A stretch of DNA of 64,000 bases from Antechinus flavipes (taxonomy: Eukaryota), in assembly GCF_016432865.1 (NCBI RefSeq), contig NC_067399.1:258912001-258976000 (forward strand). Direction: 5' to 3'. Position numbers and translations under genes: made by a program. The notes under the pieces are model-generated. The model saw only the letters and a list, made by a program, of their open reading frames with translations, was not told the origin of the DNA and searched no databases. This document shows, in pieces, positions 1 to 10,284 of this stretch. Each line of letters starts with the position of its first letter. Within the stretch, counting starts at the first letter, position 1.

Positions 1-1521
1 AAAGCTCCCAAGGTTCATCAGTACCTCTACAAAACAGGGTTCTGACAACATTAGATGAACAGACTAAATTTTGTTGAGGGATAAAGTCCAAGAAAAACAC
101 CGCAATGGGAGTTTCTAGGCAATTAGCAGGTTGGAAGAAGCTAAAAGTGAGGAGAGAAGCACAGAAGAGGTGGTTTTTTCCGCTGAAGGACTTGCCCTTA
201 AGGATGATTAAAGGATCAGAAAATCTGCTGAGAATATAGGATTTCTTAACTTTAAATGATGAAGCAACACAAGTCTGACCACCAGGTGTCCCCACAGATC
301 AGTCAAGAGAGAAGTAAACATGGCTCCAATATATGTTTTGGCACTTCTGCATAAAGATAACTATCTAACTTGCTCTTTCCTACCACTGAAAAAATTTGTA
401 AAAATTCTGCTTAGATAAAGATATAATTGTAGTGATTCTTGAATATGATTAATTTTGAGATTTTTAATACAGATCTAAATTGTAATGACAAATGCCTCTT
501 AAAACCAATCAACCACATATTTTGTGTGTATCTTGCTCTTCCCACCAGCCTTGTATGGCCCAAAAGGGAGTCCCTCAGAGAACCATACTTAGAGACTCAC
601 TTTGGATATAACTAGTATAGCTACAGTAAAAATCTGTGGACCAAAAAACTTCCAAGTCCATTTTGGGGCACATTTACTTAAAGCAGTTTTTTCAATACAA
701 AAAAAATTTCAACATAAAAGAACTTTGATAATCCACTTGGATTTCATAATATAAAATCTAATCCATGAAAATCAACAGGAACCCCAAAGGTAAAACTAGA
801 AATCTTAGTCCTTTTAGCAAAATATCTTACATGTTGCTGAAAAGCAAAATTCTTTCCCCAAAACTCTTTACTGCCTCTTAAGTACTTCTAGAAAATGCTA
901 GTAATTTTGGATATGAAAATAAAAAGCCATACACTAATAATCTCTTTCAGAATACAAAACAAGGAACCTCAAGAGCTACCTGGTCTCATCACTAACCATA
1001 ATATGAATTATATCTATAGTGTTGCTCATAAGCAATCATCATTCACTTGAAACTCTCCAATGACAGGGAATACAAGACAATCACTTTTATGACTTGTTCT
1101 CTATTGAATGCAATTCAAGTCCAGAAACAGGTGAAAAGATGAAAACATGGTAATATAATCAATGCCTAAAAGTGTGAATTAATTATTCTATTTTCTACTA
1201 ATGATTTAGCACTTTACATTTTTTGATGCATTCCCTGCAATTAGGAATAAGGAAAGTAGGGCCTTAAGATATCATAAGATCCTTTTCTACTACCCAGAAG
1301 TAATGGATTTCCTCTATTCCAGCTTTGTTAAATCCTGCCTGATATTAGGGAAAGTGACTAGGCTAGGAAATATTTATTACAGGATAATAAAATTTAGAGC
1401 TAGAAGGGACCTGACAGATGATTAAACATGATTGCTTTATTCCACAGAAGAGATCTCTGAAACCAAAAGAAGCAGAAGGATTTGCCCAATATCACAGCAG
1501 GTCCAAGTTGTAATCACTTAC

Positions 1522-2150
1522 AATATCTCACTAAGCTGTTGGAATTGTTCCAAAGCCACTGAGCACCAGCACAATTCCTTAGCACTGTTGCAGCCACCAC
1601 ACTCTTGGTTCTCTGGAGACCCACTCTCTTCCAAGTCACCTTGGTCCAGCTCTGGCTCACTCATGCTACTTTCACTCATCCCTTCATCCCCTTTCTTTTT
1701 TTTCTGTTGGTGCATGTAGATTTTAAAGGTTCGCCCATAGAATTGTTGGATCATCTCTTGAAAGGTCTTTGTGGTGGAAAAGAACAAGATGGCTCTAAAC
1801 ATGGTATAGACTTTCTCCCGAAGACCCTGAGAGCCAGTCCCCAGCAACAAGCCCATTTGTGTCCACTTTTCCAGCAGATCCAAGCTATTGAGGTAGGGGT
1901 CTAGCCGACACTTGAGCAAGCCAAAGGCTTCCAGGAGGAGCAGGATGCACTGAGGCTCTTCAACAGTGTTCTCATACTGAGCAATGGCATTCCAAAACTC
2001 AGGAGCGATGTTAGATTGCAGGTCAGTCTGAAGCACTTCTGTAAACCATTCCTCCAGGATAGAATGAAGTTCATAACACTTTAGCACCTCCACAGCAGCC
2101 TGAAGTTCCTCTTCTTTCAAACTCACTGCTCCACTTGGCCTAGAAGCTGC
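1522..2150 (-). CDS. ANAPC2: ANAPC2 exon 2 (629 nt, phase 0 to 2)
   Basis: Acceptor ctctccag|GCA at 2150; encodes AASRPSGAVSLKEEELQAAVEVL...EEWFTEVLQTDLQSNIAPEFWNAI...EQFQQLSEIL, closely matching recalled human APC2; donor TT|gtaagt at 1522. Exon 3 not found in 1-1500, so it is presumably outside the window. Confidence 0.95.
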
Positions 2151-2610
2151 CTGGAGAGCACAGAACTCATAAGAACAGGGTCAAGAATGGCCAGAAAAAA
2201 GTATGTGCTTCCCTCAGCATCTCTAAAACAAAGGGGTAAAGGAGCTCTAAAGGTCAGCTAGAGGAGGGAGAAGACTGCTGAGAGTCAAGACATGGGGAAA
2301 GGGGAGTTAAGGAGAGAGAAAATAAGGGGTGGGACCTAAGTCACCATTTGGGATCTTAGAGCCATGAAGGGCAGGAGCTGTGGGAAGGAGCTAAAGGCTC
2401 CCCTGAGAAGAGGGATGGGAACAGGAAGGGGGTTGGATAGGGGGATGGGACTGAGGGGCAGGAGGAATTGAGAAATGGGAGGGGGATAAGGAGAGTGGGG
2501 CTAAACCTAAGAAGAGGGATGGGTTTGGGGGCTGAAGGAAGAGATGGGGCCGAGAGGAGGGGGAGATGGGTCCGGGTAGACGAGCCCGCCCGCCGGAGGG
2601 TGGCCCTCAC

Positions 2611-2727
2611 CAGCCCCAGCGCGGCGGGCGGCACCAGCCCAGTGCTCACGGTACTCCAAGCCACTGACAGCTCCGCCCCTGGAGCCCCGCAAGCTGCACT
2701 CTCCACCATGGCCGCCACCGTCGCCAT
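2611..2727 (-). CDS. ANAPC2: ANAPC2 exon 1 (117 nt, 39 codons)
   Basis: ATG at 2727; MATVAAMVESAACGAPGAELSVAWSTVSTGLVPPAALGL then CTG|gtgagg donor; AW.TVSTGLVPPAALGL matches human APC2. A second in-frame ATG at 2709 has a stronger Kozak context (gccATGG). Confidence 0.92.
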
Positions 2728-2747
2728 TTGCGCTGTCAGGCTTGGAA

Positions 2748-2910
2748 CTCGCTCCCGCTCCGGTTCCGGTTCCGGCTCCGGCTCTGGCTCTGGCTCCAGC
2801 TCCAGCTCCAGCTCCAGCTCTGACACCGACCCCGACCGCGACCGCGACCGCGATTCCGACTCCCAATCCCACTCCTACTCCCGCACCAGCTACAGCTCCT
2901 AGCTCCCGCT
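2748..2910. repeat. Degenerate hexamer tandem array (about 26 units: CCGGTT, CCGGCT, CTGGCT, CCAGCT, CCGACC, GCGACC and variants)
   Basis: Read directly from the sequence; 6-nt periodicity is maintained across the array. Confidence 0.9.
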
Positions 2911-3116
2911 ATTTCAGAGGCTCGGATCTTGGTCCCGGCGCGCGCTGCGATGACGCCAGACGTCACACGTGACGAAATGCGCCTGCGCGGCGCTATTTGA
3001 TGAGCTCACATCCTCACTGGCGCGCAAAGCGAGCTGGGGGGTGTATCTGCGCGGTGATGCGGTAGCGGCGGTTGGAGCAGGAGTAGGAGGAGACCGGTGG
3101 CGGGAGCCTGGGGAGG

Positions 3117-3168
3117 ATGAGCCAGCAGGGAGCGGCGCTTCAGAACTACAACAACGAGCTGGTCAAGT
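3117..3168 (+). CDS. SSNA1: SSNA1 (NA14) exon 1
   Basis: MSQQGAALQNYNNELVK + T|gtgagg; matches the human SSNA1 N-terminus. Confidence 0.97.
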
Positions 3169-3307
3169 GTGAGGGCCGCAGGCAGTGGCGGATCCCTGAA
3201 TCCCGAGTTATCCCGAACCCCCTCCCCGCCCTGATGTCCAGCCCCGCGCCCCTGGCCCTGCTCCCCGCCCCTCCCGGACCCCCACAACCCTCTCTCCTCC
3301 CCCGCAG

Positions 3308-3507
3308 GCATCGAAGAACTGTGCCAGAAGCGGGAGGAGCTGTGCCGGCAGATCCAACAGGAGGAGGATGAGAAGCAGAGGCTGCAGGGCGAGGTGCGGC
3401 AGCTGACGGAGAAGCTGGCCCGGGTCAACGAGAACCTGGCCCGCAAGATCGCCTCCAGGAACGAGTTTGATCGTACTATCGCCGAGACCGAAGCTGCTTA
3501 CCTTAAG
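3308..3507 (+). CDS. SSNA1: SSNA1 exon 2 (200 nt)
   Basis: cccgcag|GC ATC GAA; [26 protein letters not shown]...[11 protein letters not shown]; donor AAG|gttggc. Confidence 0.97.
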
Positions 3508-3926
3508 GTTGGCCTTACACGGGGCGAAGGGCCAGCCCAGAACCTGCCCTCCCACTCAAACCCCGAGAAGAAAGCCCCCCCACCCCAAGTTTGTGCCAAA
3601 CACTCCGAGCCTTGCAGTGCTGGGTGATGTGTTGAGCGATCAGGCGGGAGTCTGGGCTTGGAGTGTGTGAGCTTGGGCAAGTCATTTAAGTGAACCTCTC
3701 CGAGGTAAAACGGACTTCTGAAGTCTCAGCTCCAGCTTAATGAGTGCTCATCAGAGGTCTGAATTTTGCATTTTTTTAAAAGTGTAGCATTGCCAAACGT
3801 ATCCGAAAAAAATGCTTCCCAAGAGCTCTCTTTATCCTCCTTTCAGGGGCTGTTGCTCCCCCGAGTAAGTTCATACTATGTAGTACTAGGTGCTAGGCTA
3901 GGAACTAGACGAACCAGGAGACACCA

Positions 3927-4010
3927 TATTTTCAAGAGAATTGCATCCTATCTCTACCACTTGCTGCCTATTTTCAAGAGAATTGCATCCTATCTCTACC
4001 ACTTGCTGCC
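3927..4010. repeat. Perfect 42-bp tandem duplication
   Basis: TATTTTCAAGAGAATTGCATCCTATCTCTACCACTTGCTGCC at 3927-3968 and 3969-4010. Confidence 0.95.
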
Positions 4011-4105
4011 TGGTAGGCCTTGAAATGTCCCATAATCTCTCTTGACCTCAGTTTCCTTATCTGCAAAATGAGCGAGTTGGACTAGATAATCTCTTAAGTC
4101 CCTTA
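3990..4105 (+). mobile_element. MIR/CORE-SINE remnant
   Basis: CORE motif cctcagtttccttatctgcaaaatgag followed by the ttggactagat...ctcttaagtccctt tail. Confidence 0.75.
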
Positions 4106-4273
4106 CAACTCAAACTATGACCCTATAAATATAAAAATGACAGTCCAGCCCTTGATTTGTTAGAAGAATAATATTTAGAAAATTTAGAGAATACAATAAA
4201 AGATAGGTAACCTGAGTTAGGGACAGAGGACCCCAAGTATCTAACAAGCGCAAACCATTTTTTCTGGTTTCAG

Positions 4274-4378
4274 ATTCTGGAAAGTTCTCAGACACTGCTC
4301 AATGTCCTGAAGCGAGAAGCAGGGAATCTGAGCAAGGCTGCAGCCCAGGAGCAGAAGAGTGCTGCGGGCAAGGACTGA
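4274..4378 (+). CDS. SSNA1: SSNA1 exon 3 to stop (total 118 aa coiled-coil protein)
   Basis: tttcag|ATT; [37 protein letters not shown]; 52+200+105=357 nt. Confidence 0.96.
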   Translation: MLESSQTLLNVLKREAGNLSKAAAQEQKSAAGKD

Positions 4379-4446
4379 TGAACTGGGGCTTGCCTAATAC
4401 TCCCTTATATAGGCCTGCAGGTGACATCCTTGACAGGGAACCTGTT

Positions 4447-4452
4447 AATAAA
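4447..4452 (+). terminator. Candidate SSNA1 poly(A) signal (second AATAAA at 4872-4877)
   Basis: AATAAA 68 nt after the stop; usage not verifiable from sequence alone. Confidence 0.55.
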
Positions 4453-7058
4453 GTATCATGTTTTTCATAGCTACTGCATTTCCCTTCTCTTGCTGTTTCA
4501 GGCATGTGAGAAGAACTTAGCTCCCCAGCACTTCATGGGTATTCCACTGTTTAACATGTCTTAAAGAGGTAATAACAGTCCAGCCACTTTGGGGTAGGGG
4601 TGAGTAATACTGTGCACATTTCCTTGCCTTCCAGGCAGAAGGAAACATGGGGGAGAGGGAAACATGGAGTGTTCCAGAGGCACTTTTGCCTGAGAGTTGT
4701 CACTGCTGTCCTGGATCAGCCTTCAGGATATTTCTTTCCAGGCCATGTGCTTCCATCAAAGGAGGTGGCCAGGCAAAGCCAGTAATAGTGGGATTGAGTG
4801 GGCAAAAACCCTCATCAGGGACATGAGCCTTAATATATACATGTAGTTACTATATTGCAGTTTTATGTGTGAATAAAGATTTCCTTATGACTTTCATCTC
4901 TGAGCCTACTGCCTGTGTCATGGGGGCTGGGGGGAGACTTTTTTTTTACCAAGAGCCAGAAGTCTTTGTTCATTGTTAACAGTCAGGGCCCAACCATCCA
5001 GCCCAGATGGCTTCCTACCCCACCCCCACTCTACCAAGGAAATTGAGTCTCAGGAGTAGAGGGAGTATGAAGAGCTAGAGATATAGACACAGGAGGATCT
5101 GGTTTGGCCATTTGACCAAGAGACCAAGACACTTAACCTACAAGGAGGTGAGCAGAGGCCTTAGAAGCAAAGGATTAAACTTTGTTCAGTTCTTTCTACG
5201 TGTTTATTAAATACTAAGAACAAAGAAGGTCTTGTGTGACTATATAACTAATCTATATTTTAACATACTTTCAATCTCATTTCACATTATTCCTTTTTAT
5301 GTCCTGTATACCAATCAAATGACCTCCTTTCTATACATTTTTATTTCCTACCTCTGTGTTTGCATAAGTGGTTCCCCACATTTGATAACACTTCCTTAGA
5401 ATCCTTGTTTTCCATGTAACAGTTCATATGTTGCTGCTTAGAAGAGGTTTTTTTTCTGACAGCTTGACTTATTGGCACATTTTCATTGAAATTATTTTGT
5501 ATTATTTTGTATATAAATTAGTGATTTACTTGAGTATGTGTTCTTTGAAAGCAAAAACTCAAAATATTTAGCTATTTTCCCCAGTGCCTAACTTAGTTCC
5601 TTATAAGTTAGCATTTAATAAAGTTTATTGAAATGAAATACTGCAACAGTTTTCTCTCCTATTCATGTTTATTCTAATTGTCACCAAAAAGAGATGAGTC
5701 ATCATTTCCTTCAGAGGCAAATTTTAACCTTTTTAACCTTGTAACCATCCGGATTAATAATGGCTTCCCCATCGAATTAAAATCCAAGTAAATACTGAGT
5801 GTGTTTTGGATGCTGTCTTGATGTGAATTTGTTTATGGAAAAATTATTAAACTAATGATATTAAAGTATGTCTTAGATCTAATGGAATAGTGTAGATTCC
5901 TAAACAGGAGAAATCCTGAGAAAATAAACTGACATTGCTTTATTTTACTTTCCTACTTGCAACTGTGTTTTCGTTTAGCAATCTGGTGCTAATATTGGGG
6001 GACATATCTTCATCTTTATAGTCTTTTTTTAGGTTAATAAAAATTAACTTCCTAACTCACAGCCTCGTCTTTCCTAATTCTCACCTAAGCAAAAAGTAGA
6101 AACTACAATTTTATAGACCATAATGAGTAACTGAAAATTAATTTATGAACAGTCAAAGTTTAAGCAACAGAGGGACTGTAAACATTTTCTTCTGCTTTTT
6201 TTGCGCCTTAAGACTAGAAAGGGAAATTTGCAAGGTAGATACCAACTGATCACTCTTCTGATTTTATCAATAAAGCATTTATCAGTCCTTAAATCTACTT
6301 ATCACTTCCTGGGATGGTTAACCAACCTGTAGTGCCAGCCATTAAGAGAGTGAATATTACAAGGGCTTTCAGAATGTATTTTCCAAATTACAAAATTGCA
6401 CTAAATTTTTGCAGGCTTTTACACTGTCTTCTCCCCTCATAGATTTGAAGTTTTAGTTCTTCAGTTAAAGTGTTCCAGATATATTACCTCCACTACTCAA
6501 ATTTTTCACCTCTTCCTCATGCTATATCTGGCTTTGTTTTGATTGCCCTTATGTGTACCTGAATATTCATGGGGTTCATGGTTCCCAAGCTCTACAAGCT
6601 GTCAGGATTGGGACAGAATACCAACTTTCCCTTTCCCCTACAGTTAGGCACATTGAGCAACTCCTACAAAACACAATGATTTTTTGTGTGTGTGCTTAGG
6701 AGAAAATGGGGAGGGAAGGCTGGAAGAAGCTGACAAGTCAGTTTAGGCTCTGGAGCTGAAATGGGGAAAGAGTGGCAGCTTCATTCATTATGGGAACATG
6801 GGAGGTAAGCTCTTTATAGCCTAAAAGAGTGCCTATTTCCGTCAAGCTCAGACAATGGTGTCCCTCCCTATTCCATTTATACCCAGGTGGTACTGGGGAA
6901 ATCGACCTTCTGTTCCACTCAAAGTTAATTCTTCCATTTCCCTCCTTTTCCACCTGCCCCTTGAGGCATTTACAAAGACATCATTCCACCTGCAATGATA
7001 ATAATAGCCTCTGGAAGAGAATAACAAGAAAAAAACAGGCAAAATTTCTCTAGTGCCG

Positions 7059-7064
7059 TTTATT
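7059..7064 (-). terminator. Candidate TPRN poly(A) signal
   Basis: AATAAA on the minus strand ~1.24 kb after the TPRN stop, followed by a U-rich tract. Confidence 0.6.
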
Positions 7065-8302
7065 GAGTCCCATTTATCAGACAAGAAAGTAATTATTCTG
7101 GTTAATTACAAAGTGAACTGTGCTAATTTCAACCATGTGTACAAAGACTGGCTGAAAGGAGAGGAAAGACCCACCTGTGGAATCATAGGCCCCTAGAACC
7201 CCAGAGGGGACAAGGCAAAGAGGGCAGGGCAGGGGGCAGAGACTGAATCCCTGCTTTCTGGCTAGGCCAGGCCTGGTTAAATTCACTCTCTTTTTACATG
7301 TGCACATCCACTCTACCCCCTTACATAAAATACTGACATCCAGTGCAGACAAGGAGTGCTTTTAAGCCAGCTAGGCATTGCTAGACTCAGTAGTAAATTC
7401 AGAGCAGGATGAGGGCTGTGCTACTACAACACACAGGAGATGGGTAATTAAACCAGAGTCACAAGGCAGTTACAAATGGAGCTAAGCTGGCTCTGGGCCT
7501 AGTCTTCGGCCAAAAGGCCCCTGCTTGCCTTAAAAGGGCAAAAGAAAAAGGCCCTGTTAGGTACCTTTCCTTGTATCTACCTTTACCCTCCCAGAAGATT
7601 GTTCCTCCTCAGCAGAACAGAGGCAGACTAGACAAGGAAGGAGTGGGTGGGGGAGGGAAGGAGGGTGCGAACACTGGGAGTGGGCAGAAGAAGGGCAGGA
7701 CAGCAATACCCCTAATTCTGCCAAGATCAATGCTACCAAGAAAAGAAAAAGCTGCTCCACTCCCAGGCTTAAATTATACTCAGAGGACAGGAGGAAGCTT
7801 GGGACAGGAAAAGAAGTAGTAGATTGTGAGCCCCTTTTGAGCCAACAGGGAGAGGCTGCCCTGTTCGGCCTCAGTAGTAGAACAAAAAGCAATGGCCAAG
7901 CCCCAGCATTCCCTAAAGATAAGGTGGCAATGGAACTTTTTAGGGCTGAGGCCCTGTAGAGGAGTAAAGTCATATAGATCTGGAAATGCTGTAGGCACAG
8001 AACCTGAGTACTTCGTCATTGGGCAAAACCAAGCCAGATGGAGAGAGGGGATATGGGCCAGAGAAACCAGTAGCAGCCAGAATTATGTCCCTGGCAGCTG
8101 AGTTCCTCAACCACAGCACTGGAGAATTGTGGCACTGGCTGCCTATGACTTTACCAAGCATCCCAAGCACCATGGTCCTGGGGGAGAGGGGAAATGGCAG
8201 GATAATATCTGGAAAATTTCCAGCCCAACTCAGCCAAGGTTAGGTCCATCTATAAGGTGGAATGCTATTCTGTCTCATTTCTCACTCCAAAGTGCTAGGA
8301 GA

Positions 8303-8365
8303 TCAGAAATAGAGGGCAGGCTCACTTCGGAAGTCTGAGAGGTCATTCTTGCTGGCTGGAGTAAG
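8303..8365 (-). CDS. TPRN: TPRN exon 4 to stop
   Basis: Long pyrimidine tract, tatag|CTT; LTPASKNDLSDFRSEPALYF-TGA matches the recalled taperin C-terminus. Confidence 0.96.
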   Translation of the reverse strand, partial: LTPASKNDLSDFRSEPALYF

Positions 8366-9000
8366 CTATAAGTGAGAGAGAGAAAAAAAAAATGAAATGA
8401 AAAAAATGAAATGAGGGCTGGGAGTAGAAAGATCTGTCTACCCATCTTTCTCCACAGGCCTCCCAAGAGGGACCTAATTAGATACCAGGATCAAGCCACT
8501 GTAGAGACCAGAATCTTAAGGTGCTTTAGAGTAAGCAATAAGAGCAAGGTCTACACAGAGACTGGAAAGATCAGGACAGGGGAGAAAATCAAATCTGCCA
8601 AGGGGAAATAAAACCAGCCCCTCCCTGTTCCAAGCAGAACCTGAAAGAAGTAGGCAGAGACCTCTGGACCCTGGATTAAATGCTTTGGGAGAGTGGTAGG
8701 AAAAAAATGGCCAAAAATCAGATTTAGAGCTGGAAAGGACCTTAAGAGATCAATTAGTCCAACTCTCTTCATTATTTTAAATGATAAAGTTGAAGCTGAG
8801 GGGGGAATGACTTCTGCCTTAGATCTAGGTGATTATGTGGCCCAGCTGGACCTTGAAAACAGGTCTTTGACTGGTAGGCCAGGTTAGCCTGACTCTTTGA
8901 ACCTACAGGGAGCCCTCCCTGCCCTTCTCGACCAACCTTCCCCAGGGTCTCTGGGTCAGGCAACAGGGTCAGAGACCCTGTTCCAAATCCACACTCTTAC

Positions 9001-9110
9001 CATGACTTCTTTCTGAGGGCTAGCCCCAGATTCCAATGGGCCTGCATCATACTTCTGCTCCTGCCATTTGCTGAATTCCACTGAATGCTTTGGAGTATAA
9101 CTGGATAGAC
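9001..9110 (-). CDS. TPRN: TPRN exon 3 (110 nt)
   Basis: ccttag|GT CTA; GLSSYTPKHSVEFSKWQEQ...KEVM; ATG|gtaaga donor. Confidence 0.95.
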
Positions 9111-9417
9111 CTAAGGAATGAAGCATAACACATACACAAACATGTACCCATCCATGTGCACTCCTTATGTGCAGCAAGAAAACAGTGGGTACTACTCTAT
9201 ATAGGAAGTACATTGATAGGCCCTCCCCAAGCTGGATAACCATCAGACTAGTACCTCGTGTACCCCAAATACTCAGTCTACTAAATGGGCACATCAGCGA
9301 TTGGGGACTCTTGATCCCTAGATTTTAAAAGGGCTGAGCTGCAGGGAGATCCAGATTAAGTCACTGCTAATCTCTCCCCCCACTGCTAAACTGAATTTTT
9401 CCCAGTGGCTGGTTCAC

Positions 9418-9640
9418 CTGAACTAGATTCTGGAGGTCGAGTGGCACTCTCCATCACAGTGCTGTTAACAAAAGTTGCTCGGGGAAGGAAGACAGCAAAG
9501 GGTTTCTCCTCCTCATCCCCCTCGGAGCCAGATGCCCCCTCTTCTTCCTCCTCCTCCGCCTCTTCTTCCTGTACCAATGAGCTCTCAGAGGGGTATTCAA
9601 ATGTAGTGTGCAGGCTTTTCTCGTTGAAGGAAATCTTCAT
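9418..9640 (-). CDS. TPRN: TPRN exon 2 (223 nt) with the PP1-binding KISF motif and acidic tract
   Basis: tag|ATG AAG ATT TCC TTC; MKISFNEKSLHTTFEYPSESSL...KPFAVFLPRATFV; TCA G|gtgaac donor. Confidence 0.96.
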
Positions 9641-10284
9641 CTAGATCCAAAGAAAGAGTGACCAGAAGAGTCAGGGGGACACTCCCTTCAAGGCATTCTC
9701 TGCCCTTTGTACCTCATTAATCGCCCTTACCTACTCTCCCGGAGCTGGAAAGAATCCAACCAGTCAGCTGCCCTTCGGTTCCAAATACCTCTCCCGCCTC
9801 CTCCACCACTACCCCCAGGAGAATCTGGGAGTTAGCTGCAACAGTGCGTTTCTGATGCAAGCCTCTCCCCGGGGCAAATCAACACTGACCACTGCCCTTA
9901 GGTAAAAAAGGAATGTAAGGCCTTTCATCTGGAGACTAGATGATAATTGAGGTAGTCATTTGCACTTTCTATTCTAATTTGTGAAATGGGATTAACAGCC
10001 CACAACTCACACAGCAAAATTGAGGAAAGTGCTTTGTAATTTTCAAAGCAATATAAATACAAATCAACACTGCCTAGCCGGGTCTGGTTTTTCAGAATCC
10101 TCTGATTAGCTGGTCACTCTTATTTACCATCCATTCCTTTCCCTCCAGCAACAGGAGCTTCATGATTCAGGGCCTGGCCAAGAAATGGGCCTCGGAACTG
10201 GACCTTTTAGGTTATGATAGGGAGGAACCACACAGCCAGGAGCCTTCCGGTAAGGCCCCAAACTTGGGAAGCAGAGCGGCTGGA

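Larger units (their letters stand above)
2560..3560. promoter_or_regulatory. CpG island / bidirectional ANAPC2-SSNA1 promoter
   Basis: CpG-dense; divergent ATGs at 2727 and 3117; CRE-like GACGTCA (~2959-2965), E-box CACGTG (2966-2971), NRF1-like TGCGCCTGCGC (2978-2988). Confidence 0.85.

Noticed and set aside
1-1500. Search for ANAPC2 exon 3
   Set aside because: No HRLSLLERVS-like sequence seen on the minus strand; the exon presumably lies outside the window.
2468-2972. Several overlapping ORFs with RS/GS, AP/TP, GV/AG and SW dipeptide repeats
   Set aside because: They are by-products of a stop-poor hexamer array and mostly start at non-ATG codons; only the ANAPC2-frame extension was kept.
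3006-3555. Minus-strand 146-aa and 115-aa ORFs
   Set aside because: Antisense shadows of GC-rich SSNA1 exons 1-2.
3508-3627. SSNA1 exon 2 read-through giving an alternative C-terminus
   Set aside because: No supporting feature; exon 3 completes the known protein.
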